Shown here: piece by piece, positions 9,271 to 17,865 of the stretch
How positions within the stretch are numbered: position 1 is the first letter of the stretch
How the letters are laid out: each line of letters begins with the position of its first letter
NCBI GenBank assembly: GCA_040767965.1
Contig: JAXGNR010000004.1
Location: forward strand, 416,001-480,000
Direction: 5' to 3'
Length of the DNA stretch: 64,000 bases
Source: Atribacterota bacterium
GTDB lineage: Bacteria; Atribacterota; Phoenicimicrobiia; Phoenicimicrobiales; Stramentimicrobiaceae
Program-made: the position numbers and the translations under genes
The notes under the pieces: generated by a model
What the model was told of the DNA's origin: nothing
Database searches by the model: none
Seen by the model: only the letters and a program-made list of their open reading frames with translations

Positions 9271-10419
9271 TTGGCAGCAAAAAAAGAAAAAAATAGCAAA
9301 AATTCCCTTCAATCTAATAAGAAGAAAAAGTTGTTCGATATTTTCTTTTATAGTATTAGCGGGATAGTTATCCTGGTTTTGCTTTTTATTGGTTTAAGGC
9401 AACGAGGCTGGTTACCATTATGGATTGACAACTTGCCTTCTCCTCAGATTTCCGGGATTACTGAGGAAATTAAAGAAAAAAGAGACAGCTTCAATATTAT
9501 CAATGCCCATGAGCATGTTCAAAGTGAAGAAAATTTACCGATATTAAGGCAGGCTATGGCAGACTGTCAGGTAAAAAAAATGGTTTTGCTTGGCACCTCT
9601 GATTTTACTTTTTACCTGGATCCTGATTATGGTTTTACCGGTTATGATGAAAATAATGAGGTTATTTTAAAAATGAGCAGGGAAAACCCGGATGAATTTG
9701 CTGCTTTGGTGACATTGGATCCCCGAGATAAAGATAAATTGGAAAAATTAAAAAAATATACAGCCGATGGGGCTGCCGGAGTAAAGCTATATAACGGACA
9801 TGGAACCTTTTATGATTTATATTTCAATATACCTCTTGATGATCCTGAAATGATGGAAGTTTACGCTTATTGTGAACAAGAAAGCCTGCCAATTTTGTAT
9901 CATGTGAACAGTGGCCGTTTTTTAGAGCAATTTGAAAGAATATTAGAGGAATTCCCCGATTTAGTGATAGTGGCTCCTCATTTTATTCTTACATCAGCAA
10001 ACCTGAGCAGACTAAACGATCTAATGAGAAAATATCCCCAATTATATACTGATATCAGCTTTGGACATCCTGACTTTTTAGTAGCAGGGTTTGGCAGAAT
10101 ATCTAATAACATCTATGCTTTCAGGGAATTTATGGTTAATTTCCGCGATCGGATCACCTATGGAACAGATTTAGTAGTAACCACCTATAAGGCAAAGACC
10201 AGAGCTTATATAGATGATGTACATTTAGCATATATGGACTTGTTGGAAAAGGAAGAATTTGTTTTAACAAACAATATTTACAACATGATGGGATCTGATG
10301 CTCGAAAAAATATTGATACTGGAAGAGTCTTTAATGGTTTGAATTTAGATGATGAAACTTTACAAATGATATATCATGACAATGCTGAAAGAATATTTTT
10401 TAATAAAGTAAATAATTAA
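9271..10419 (+). CDS. Membrane-anchored amidohydrolase family protein (TIM barrel)
   Basis: Basic N-terminus plus TM helix, INAHEH, GVKLY, ILYH, VAPH, YTDIS, YGTD, IYHDNAERIF; TTG start with GGAGG. Confidence 0.8.
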   Translation: MAAKKEKNSKNSLQSNKKKKLFDIFFYSISGIVILVLLFIGLRQRGWLPLWIDNLPSPQISGITEEIKEKRDSFNIINAHEHVQSEENLPILRQAMADCQVKKMVLLGTSDFTFYLDPDYGFTGYDENNEVILKMSRENPDEFAALVTLDPRDKDKLEKLKKYTADGAAGVKLYNGHGTFYDLYFNIPLDDPEMMEVYAYCEQESLPILYHVNSGRFLEQFERILEEFPDLVIVAPHFILTSANLSRLNDLMRKYPQLYTDISFGHPDFLVAGFGRISNNIYAFREFMVNFRDRITYGTDLVVTTYKAKTRAYIDDVHLAYMDLLEKEEFVLTNNIYNMMGSDARKNIDTGRVFNGLNLDDETLQMIYHDNAERIFFNKVNN

Positions 10420-10465
10420 TAAAACCAGAAACAAAAAATATTGATTTTAAAAAGGAAAGAAAAAA

Positions 10466-11404
10466 TTGAAATATTTATTGGTGGCATTAATAGCTTTTTT
10501 TGTTTCTTATTTGCTTACTCCTTTTATTGCCCAGGTGGGAAAAAAGCAAAACTTTGTTGATAATCCAGGATACCGGAAAATACATCGCGATGCAATTCCT
10601 AATCTGGGTGGAATTGTAATATTTTTTGGTTTTTTGTTGAGTATTCTTTTTATAATCCCAATCCAGGGAGTAGTTAAAGGGTTGCTGGCAGGTAGTGTCG
10701 TTATTCTGCTTTTAGGGGTAATTGATGATATCGCTGATTTAAAGCCAAGTTATAAGTTTATAATTCAACTGGTAGCAGCTTTTCTTGTTATTGGATACCA
10801 TTATGACCTGATAAATCAGTTTATAAAAGAAGAATTGGGATTTTTAAATATCAGTGGATATTTGCTTTACCCGCTATTGTTGTTTTGGATTGCAGGTGTG
10901 ACAAACTCTGTAAATCTGATTGATGGCCTGGATGGCCTTGCCTGTGGTGTTTCAATAATATCCCTTGGAACTTTTTTCATAATGGGTCTCGCAATAAAGG
11001 AAGGTTTTGAGATATATAATCTACTTAATATTGCTCTTTTTGGTAGCATGTTAGCTTTTTTCCGTTATAACTTTTATCCTGCTCAAATATTTTTAGGAGA
11101 TTCAGGCAGCACTTTTGCCGGTTTTACTATAGCTTCAATTGGATCAGTATGGGTAATATCATCAGGAAAAGTATTTTTTTTCCTGATCCCGCTACTTATT
11201 CTAGCTTTGCCAGTTGGCGATACCGTTTTTGCTATCCTGAGAAGAATTAAAAACAAACAGCCTATATTTCAAGGAGATCAGGGGCATTTGCACCACAGAC
11301 TTTTAGATCGTGGTATTTCTCATCGTAATGTGGTATTGATATTACTAGGCATAACTTTTTGCTGTTGTTTATTGGCATTGTTTTTATTCTATAGTATTTA
11401 TTAA
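10466..11404 (+). CDS. wecA: Undecaprenyl-phosphate GlcNAc-1-phosphate transferase (WecA/TagO)
   Basis: DNPGYRKIH, PNLGG, GVIDD, NSVNLIDGLDGLA, NFYPAQIFLGDSGS, DQGHLHHRL. Confidence 0.9.
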   Translation: MKYLLVALIAFFVSYLLTPFIAQVGKKQNFVDNPGYRKIHRDAIPNLGGIVIFFGFLLSILFIIPIQGVVKGLLAGSVVILLLGVIDDIADLKPSYKFIIQLVAAFLVIGYHYDLINQFIKEELGFLNISGYLLYPLLLFWIAGVTNSVNLIDGLDGLACGVSIISLGTFFIMGLAIKEGFEIYNLLNIALFGSMLAFFRYNFYPAQIFLGDSGSTFAGFTIASIGSVWVISSGKVFFFLIPLLILALPVGDTVFAILRRIKNKQPIFQGDQGHLHHRLLDRGISHRNVVLILLGITFCCCLLALFLFYSIY

Positions 11405-11507
11405 AAAAGAAATAACATGTAAACAATAAATATTAATTTTAGATAGCAAGCAAAGATGATGATATTATAAAAAAGTTAAATAAACAATAAAGGAATAATT
11501 AAAAATA

Positions 11508-12476
11508 ATGCAAAAGATACTTGTAACTGGAGGAGCTGGTTTTATAGGATCACATATTGTGGATTTACTAACAGAAAATGATTTTGAAGTAATAGTAGTT
11601 GACAATTTATCCAGTGGTAAAAAGACAAATTTGTCTGGAAAAGCAAAGCATTATCTTTTAGATATTACTAGTCCTGAAATGAAAGATGTTATAGCAAAAG
11701 AGAAACCTGCTTATATTTGCCATCATGCTGCTCAAATAAGTGTATCTTATTCTGTTCGCCAGCCTAGAGCAGATGCTAAAAGTAATATCTTAGGAATATT
11801 AAATATCCTGGAAAGCGCTTCAGAAAATGGAGTTGAAGGAATTATATTTGCTTCAAGCGGAGGTGCTGTTTATGGTGAACCAAAGCAATTTCCAATCACT
11901 GAAAAATTTAACCTTTGCCCGAGTTCTCCTTATGGAATTGCTAAAATGGCTTCAGAATATTATTTGCAATTCTTTAAAGAATATCATAATTTAAACTATA
12001 TATCATTACGCTATGGCAATGTTTATGGCCCCAGACAAGATCCCTTTGGGGAAGCTGGTGTTATTGCTATTTTTATTAATGAGATGTTAAAAGGGGATAC
12101 ACCTACAATTAATGGTGACGGAGAATATATCAGGGATTATATCTATGTAGAAGATGTAGCGAATGCTTGTTTACTCAGCATAAAAAATATGCTAAAATTA
12201 TCAAGATTAGCTGAACAGGAAAAAGGTATTCATTTTACTTCTTTTAACCTGGGTACTGGTCAAGCAACTTCTGTAAATCAGTTATTTTGTTATTTAAAGA
12301 AGATAATAAATTTTGATAGAGAGGCTAGTTACGGTCCTTCTCGTCCTGGTGATTTGAGAAAAAATATCCTAAATAATCAGCTGGCGAAAAAACACCTTGC
12401 CTGGCATCCAAAATATACAATTCAGGAAGGCTTAAAGAAAACAGTTGATTGGTTTAAGAGTATGAAAAATATTTAA
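11508..12476 (+). CDS. NAD-dependent nucleotide-sugar epimerase (UDP-glucose 4-epimerase-like)
   Basis: VTGGAGFIGSH, SSGGAVYG, YGIAK (YxxxK), RYGNVYGPRQ, RDYIYVEDVA. Confidence 0.9.
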   Translation: MQKILVTGGAGFIGSHIVDLLTENDFEVIVVDNLSSGKKTNLSGKAKHYLLDITSPEMKDVIAKEKPAYICHHAAQISVSYSVRQPRADAKSNILGILNILESASENGVEGIIFASSGGAVYGEPKQFPITEKFNLCPSSPYGIAKMASEYYLQFFKEYHNLNYISLRYGNVYGPRQDPFGEAGVIAIFINEMLKGDTPTINGDGEYIRDYIYVEDVANACLLSIKNMLKLSRLAEQEKGIHFTSFNLGTGQATSVNQLFCYLKKIINFDREASYGPSRPGDLRKNILNNQLAKKHLAWHPKYTIQEGLKKTVDWFKSMKNI

Positions 12477-12526
12477 TTTCATATTATATAATAAAAGAAC
12501 TATCTATAGAATTACTGGAGGAAGAT

Positions 12527-14161
12527 TTGTCTGAGTGGATAGATATAGTAAATAAAATGCCTGCAATCGCAATAGCTGGCATTTTAATGATATTATTAGG
12601 TAATTATGATCAAAAGCAAAAACTTACATTTTGGGTTAAAATTGCCTTACAGTCTTTAATTGCCGTATTGGTTATTTTTGCAGGGATAAGGATTGATTTT
12701 TTGCGGAATTCTACTGGTGGTTATTGGTATCTTACAAACTTATCAATTCCCATTACCATTTTTTGGCTTATATGCATAACTAACTCTGTAGGCCAGACTG
12801 ATGAAATCGACAAATTAACGCCAATTATAGTTTTAATTGCCTCAGTTACTTTTTTTATAGTATCCGTTTTTCAAAGACAGGGATTGTTGTTAGCAGAATT
12901 GCTTTCTTTGTTTTTAATTGTTTTTTCTATAGTTGCCTTATTTTTGCAAAACAAAAATGATAATTTTTTAAAAAATTATTTTTCAAAATACTATATGTTT
13001 TTTGGTTTTATGCTTGCAGTTATTGCAATTGTAGGAGTATTAAAGAGCACAGCAGCTCTGACTTTGCTAACTCCATTTTTAATATTGGGGTATCCGATTA
13101 TTGACAGTTCGTATTCGTTTTTTGCTGAATACTTAAAAAATGACTACTTCGGAAATACAATGACTGAGAGCAAGCTGAGACAACGTTTAATAGAACAGGG
13201 TTTTTCCTGGAGAGGTGCTAATATTGTTATTATTTTAAGCTCTGTATATTTAAGCTTAATCGCGATAATCATTTCAGTACGGGAAGATTTCTACCTGTTT
13301 ACAGCGATGGTTATTATTGGATATCTTTCTTTTTATTTTATAAAACAGTTAATTTTATGCGATGATAGAACAGTAAGTTTTAATGAGAAAAATCAAAAAG
13401 TAGTACTTTTTGGGGTTCCCATCGACAGGATCAACTGTCAGCAGGCTATTGAACGACTGGAAGCATTTGTAAATCAGAAAATACCTCGTTTTGTAGTAAC
13501 CCCGGACACTTTAGCCATTTTACGGGCAAGAAAAGACAAGAAATACCTGGGAATTACTAAAAAAGCAGACTTGGTAACTCCTGATGGGTCAGGAGTGCTA
13601 TGGGCGACTTCTTCTTTGGATGTTCCATTACTGGAACGTATTACAGGAATTGATTTAATTAACAAAATTTGTGAATTATCTGTAGAAAAAGGTTTTAGCT
13701 TATATTTTCTTGGTTCTAAAGATTGTGTTGTTAAGAAAGCAGTAGAGAATATAATGCTAAAATATCCTGGAATTAAAATAACAGGATACCATCACGGATA
13801 TTTTAATAAAGAAAAAAGTGAGCATTTCCAGGCTGGAAATTGTGAAAAAGATATAATAAAGGAAATAAAGCAAAAAAAACCAGACTTTTTATTAGTCGGT
13901 TTAGGTGTTCCAAGGCAGGAATTTTGGATAGCAAAACATAAGGACGAGCTAGGAGTACCAGTATGTATTGGCATTGGCGGCAGTTTTGATGTATTATCCG
14001 GGAAAATTCCACGAGCCCCATTGTGGATGCAAAACCATGGTATGGAGTGGATATTTAGACTAATAAAGGAACCGATAAGAGTTAAAAGGGTAATTGCTTT
14101 ACCTTATTTTATTTGGTTAGTATTTTTAGGTAAGATTAAGTTATTTTTTAGAGATAATTAA
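12527..14161 (+). CDS. WecB/TagA/CpsF glycosyltransferase fused to a degenerate WecA/MraY-like membrane domain
   Basis: C-terminal VVTPD, ADLVTPDGSG, ERITGIDL, LVGLGVPRQE, GIGGSFDVLSG, RAPLWMQNHGMEW; N-terminal ~280 aa polytopic and collinear with WecA. Confidence 0.85.
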   Translation: MSEWIDIVNKMPAIAIAGILMILLGNYDQKQKLTFWVKIALQSLIAVLVIFAGIRIDFLRNSTGGYWYLTNLSIPITIFWLICITNSVGQTDEIDKLTPIIVLIASVTFFIVSVFQRQGLLLAELLSLFLIVFSIVALFLQNKNDNFLKNYFSKYYMFFGFMLAVIAIVGVLKSTAALTLLTPFLILGYPIIDSSYSFFAEYLKNDYFGNTMTESKLRQRLIEQGFSWRGANIVIILSSVYLSLIAIIISVREDFYLFTAMVIIGYLSFYFIKQLILCDDRTVSFNEKNQKVVLFGVPIDRINCQQAIERLEAFVNQKIPRFVVTPDTLAILRARKDKKYLGITKKADLVTPDGSGVLWATSSLDVPLLERITGIDLINKICELSVEKGFSLYFLGSKDCVVKKAVENIMLKYPGIKITGYHHGYFNKEKSEHFQAGNCEKDIIKEIKQKKPDFLLVGLGVPRQEFWIAKHKDELGVPVCIGIGGSFDVLSGKIPRAPLWMQNHGMEWIFRLIKEPIRVKRVIALPYFIWLVFLGKIKLFFRDN

Positions 14162-14385
14162 GTTATTATAATTATTATAACTCAATAAAAATACTTTTAT
14201 GAGATATAATAATTTTACCTACCATATACTTATTGCTCACTTCAAAAGAACCATAATATTATATACAACTTTATATTCTATCCTTTAATTAGATAATAAT
14301 ATTAGAATATTTTACTAAAAGAAAAAGAAAATAACTCAAACTTTTGCCTTCACATGGCCTTAGTTGAAACAAAGGGAATTATAAT

Positions 14386-14880
14386 ATGAAAATTTGTATT
14401 AAAGCGGGAATTATTTTATTCACTATTTTGCTTGAATTATTATTATCAAATTTTTTAGTTTTGAATACTATTAAACCGGATTTAATATTAATTGTTGTAA
14501 TTTGTATGTCTCTTATTTCAGGACCAGAAGAAGGAACTGCTGTTGGCTTTATTGGAGGAATGCTGAAAGATATTTTTTCTGTACATTATTTAGGTGTTAA
14601 CGCTTTAGTTAAAACAGTAATTGGATATATTGCAGGATTGACAAGAGAAAAAATATTTCCTCAACACCTTATGTGGATAGTGGTGATATCAACTTTTGTG
14701 TTTACGCTGGCAAACAATATGGCAGTTTATTTTATATTAAAAGCATTACATACAGATTATGATTTTTCTAATATTTTACAAAATATTATTTTTTCTCAGG
14801 CAATCCTGAATTGTGTCTTATCTCCTTTTGTTTTTGTGGGGATTAATAAAATATTTACCTATGGTAAACGCTGGAGTTAA
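14386..14880 (+). CDS. mreD: Rod shape-determining protein MreD
   Basis: IKPDLILI, GFIGGMLKDIFS, GVNAL; hydrophobic 164 aa; directly upstream of mrdA. Confidence 0.85.
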   Translation: MKICIKAGIILFTILLELLLSNFLVLNTIKPDLILIVVICMSLISGPEEGTAVGFIGGMLKDIFSVHYLGVNALVKTVIGYIAGLTREKIFPQHLMWIVVISTFVFTLANNMAVYFILKALHTDYDFSNILQNIIFSQAILNCVLSPFVFVGINKIFTYGKRWS

Positions 14881-14886
14881 ATCAAT

Positions 14887-17826
14887 ATGTTTAGTCAAAA
14901 AAATACCAAGACAACCAAAGAGCAAACCAAAAAGAGATTGAACGATTTTTTTGGTCTAATTATAATTTGTTTTATCATCTTGTTGGTTAACCTTTGGTAT
15001 TTACAAATAATTAGGGGGAAAGAATATGAGCAGAGAGCTATTAATAATTGTATTCGATCTTTGGTAGAAGTAGCCCCAAGGGGGGAGCTATATGATCGAC
15101 AGGGGAAATTATTAATAACCAACCGTCCAGCAGTGAATATTTCAGTTATTCCTGCTGAAATTGAAAATTATCACTACTTATCATCAAAAATAGGCCCAAT
15201 TGTAGGTTTAGAAATTGCTGAAATAGATACAAGATTTCAACAACTAAAATCTCGACCATTTCAAGCGCAAACAATCAAGCGAGATTTAGAAAAAGAACAG
15301 ATAGTGGCTATTGAAGAACAAAAATATAAGTTTAAAGGTACAGTATTGACGGTACAACCGGAGAGAAAGTATCTTTATCAGGATTTAGCAGCACATTTGC
15401 TGGGATATGTTAATGAAATAAGTGAAGATGAACTAAAATCATCTACTTTTGGTCATCTTGCAGGTGGAGACATTGTTGGTAAAAGTGGGATTGAAAGATA
15501 TTATGATACTTTCCTTAGGGGAGAAAAGGGAAGCAAAGAAGTGGAAGTTGATGCCCTGGGAAGAGAGATCCTTACCTTGCGTAATATTGAACCTAAGGCA
15601 GGGAACGATTTATACTTAACTATTGACAGCTCTTTACAGCAGTATGCACAAAATTTACTTGCAGGGCAAAAAGGAGCTATTATAGTAAGCGAACTGAAAA
15701 CTGGAAAGATTCTGGTTATGGTAAGCCAACCAACTTTTAATCCTAATTTATTTACCCAGGAAATGTCTTTTACAGAATGGCAAAATATTTCCCAAAGCGA
15801 AGATAATATACTTTGTAATAGAAATATCCAGGGGACTTATCCTCCTGGTTCAGTGTTTAAGTTAATCACTGCTGTTGCAGCTTTAGAAGAAGGCTTGATT
15901 AGTTTAAATGAGAAAATATATTGTTCTGGTTCCCTAAGTTTAGGTGATGTAACTTTTAAATGCTGGAAAGAAGGAGGGCATGGTCATCAGACATTTACTC
16001 AAGCTATAAGTAATTCCTGTAATGTATTTTTTTATACTCTTGGTCAAAGACTGGGAATCGACAAATTAAGTGATTATGCTTCTATGTTCGGTTTGGGTGA
16101 AAAAACGGGCGTTGATATTCCCGGAGAATTGTCAGGATTAGTACCTTCTCAAGAATGGAAAAAAAACACACTGGATCAAGCGTGGTATCCTGGTGATACT
16201 GTAAATTTGTCAATTGGACAAGGTTACTTACTTGCTACTCCTATGCAGATTCATAATATGGCTTGTGCCATTGCAAATGAAGGCATTTCCTATAAGCCAA
16301 TAAATGTTGACAAGATTGTTTCACCTGAAGGAGAAATAATAAAACAGTTTATCCCGGAAATTGCTCGAAAAGTAAATGTGTCATCAGTAACCTTTCAGCA
16401 TGTAAAAGAGGGAATGAGATTGGCAATAAAAGAAGGCACCGGTAAAAATGCCAGATTAGAAGAAATAGAAATTGCCGGTAAAACTGGGACAGCCCAAAAC
16501 CCACAAGGTGAAAACCATGCCTGGTTTGTAGGCTTTGCACCATTTCAAAATTCAGAAATAGGAATAACTATTTTTGTTGAGCATGGAGGAGATGGCAGTC
16601 AAGCTGCTGCACCTCTGGCTGGTAAAATTATAGCTGAGTATTACCGATTAAAAGAAGAAACAAAAGAGGTTAAAATAATGGCCACTAAGCGTTCACATTA
16701 CCTTGAATTGATTCAGGATCCCATTTATCGTTCTTTGCGTTTGTTTAAGCATTTTGATTATAGTATATTATTTGCAGTGCTTGGTTTGTGCTTTATAGGT
16801 ATCCTGATAATCTATAGTACCACTCATGTACAAACTGGTGACCAGGGCTCATTGTCTACTATAAAAAAACAATTATTATATGTTGCTGCAGGTGTCTTTT
16901 GTATGTTTTTGGCGGCAGTTATTGATTATCATGAAATTGAAAAAATTGCTCTACCTATTTATATATTGGCTGTTCTGGCTTTAGTATATGTTATTTTGTT
17001 TGGCAGGGTAACTGCTGGGGCAAGAAGATGGATAGAGTTTGCAGGACATGATTTTCAGCCTACTGAATTTGCTAAAATAGCTTTGATGATTTTTTTAAGC
17101 AGCTTCTTAAGCAGGCAGAAAGGCAAATTATCATACAATGTTTATTTTATTGTTCCTTTTTTTATAACAGGGATAATGATGTTGTTGATTTTTAGACAAC
17201 CTGACTTGGGCAGTTCAATGGTTTTCCTGGCAATATTATTGAGTATGCTTTTTGTAGCAGGGATTAAATGGAAGCATATCCTAATGATGCTACTAATCAC
17301 AATTGCCTCTTTTCCGGTGCTGTGGTCTTTTTTAAAAGATTACCAGAAAGACAGAATACTGTTGTTTCTTAATCCAAATCTAGATCCATTAGGGGCAGGT
17401 TATAACATTATTCAATCAAAAGTTGCCATTGGTTCTGGTGGCTTATTTGGACAGGGATTATTTAGCGGCATTCAAAGTCAATTAAAATTTTTGCCAGCAC
17501 AGCATACTGATTTTGTGTTTTCCGTGGTAGGAGAAGAATTAGGTTTTTTTGGTGCTTCAATATTGTTAATTTTATTTTTCTTTCTTCTATGGAGAGGTAT
17601 CAAAATTGCTCAGGAATCTCCTGATTTATTAGGAACATTTTTAGCAACTGGAGTTGTTTCTTTTTATTTTTTTCATATATTTATTAATATTGGAATGGCT
17701 ATGGGATTAATGCCGGCTACCGGACTTCCTCTTTCTTTTATAAGCTATGGAGGTACATTTATGCTGACTAATTTTTTAGCTATGGGATTACTAATGAATG
17801 TTCATTTAAGGAGCATTTATTCATAA
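14887..17826 (+). CDS. mrdA: Penicillin-binding protein 2 (MrdA, aa 1-~590) continuous in frame with RodA (from Met598)
   Basis: LWYLQI, APRGELYDR, YPPGSVFK (SxxK), SCN, KTGTAQ; then RodA motifs GARRWI, QPTEFAK, QPDLGS, GYNIIQSKVAIGSGG, PAQHTDFVFS, GLPLSFISYGG; no stop between them. Confidence 0.9.
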   Translation: MFSQKNTKTTKEQTKKRLNDFFGLIIICFIILLVNLWYLQIIRGKEYEQRAINNCIRSLVEVAPRGELYDRQGKLLITNRPAVNISVIPAEIENYHYLSSKIGPIVGLEIAEIDTRFQQLKSRPFQAQTIKRDLEKEQIVAIEEQKYKFKGTVLTVQPERKYLYQDLAAHLLGYVNEISEDELKSSTFGHLAGGDIVGKSGIERYYDTFLRGEKGSKEVEVDALGREILTLRNIEPKAGNDLYLTIDSSLQQYAQNLLAGQKGAIIVSELKTGKILVMVSQPTFNPNLFTQEMSFTEWQNISQSEDNILCNRNIQGTYPPGSVFKLITAVAALEEGLISLNEKIYCSGSLSLGDVTFKCWKEGGHGHQTFTQAISNSCNVFFYTLGQRLGIDKLSDYASMFGLGEKTGVDIPGELSGLVPSQEWKKNTLDQAWYPGDTVNLSIGQGYLLATPMQIHNMACAIANEGISYKPINVDKIVSPEGEIIKQFIPEIARKVNVSSVTFQHVKEGMRLAIKEGTGKNARLEEIEIAGKTGTAQNPQGENHAWFVGFAPFQNSEIGITIFVEHGGDGSQAAAPLAGKIIAEYYRLKEETKEVKIMATKRSHYLELIQDPIYRSLRLFKHFDYSILFAVLGLCFIGILIIYSTTHVQTGDQGSLSTIKKQLLYVAAGVFCMFLAAVIDYHEIEKIALPIYILAVLALVYVILFGRVTAGARRWIEFAGHDFQPTEFAKIALMIFLSSFLSRQKGKLSYNVYFIVPFFITGIMMLLIFRQPDLGSSMVFLAILLSMLFVAGIKWKHILMMLLITIASFPVLWSFLKDYQKDRILLFLNPNLDPLGAGYNIIQSKVAIGSGGLFGQGLFSGIQSQLKFLPAQHTDFVFSVVGEELGFFGASILLILFFFLLWRGIKIAQESPDLLGTFLATGVVSFYFFHIFINIGMAMGLMPATGLPLSFISYGGTFMLTNFLAMGLLMNVHLRSIYS
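16678..17826 (+). CDS. rodA: RodA (SEDS glycosyltransferase), probable internal start
   Basis: In-frame ATG at 16678 preceded by GAGGT (16666-16670); complete SEDS motifs downstream. Confidence 0.75.
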   Translation: MATKRSHYLELIQDPIYRSLRLFKHFDYSILFAVLGLCFIGILIIYSTTHVQTGDQGSLSTIKKQLLYVAAGVFCMFLAAVIDYHEIEKIALPIYILAVLALVYVILFGRVTAGARRWIEFAGHDFQPTEFAKIALMIFLSSFLSRQKGKLSYNVYFIVPFFITGIMMLLIFRQPDLGSSMVFLAILLSMLFVAGIKWKHILMMLLITIASFPVLWSFLKDYQKDRILLFLNPNLDPLGAGYNIIQSKVAIGSGGLFGQGLFSGIQSQLKFLPAQHTDFVFSVVGEELGFFGASILLILFFFLLWRGIKIAQESPDLLGTFLATGVVSFYFFHIFINIGMAMGLMPATGLPLSFISYGGTFMLTNFLAMGLLMNVHLRSIYS

Positions 17827-17865
17827 ATTAAAAAGCAGAAGAATATTTACAAAGAAGGTTGAATA

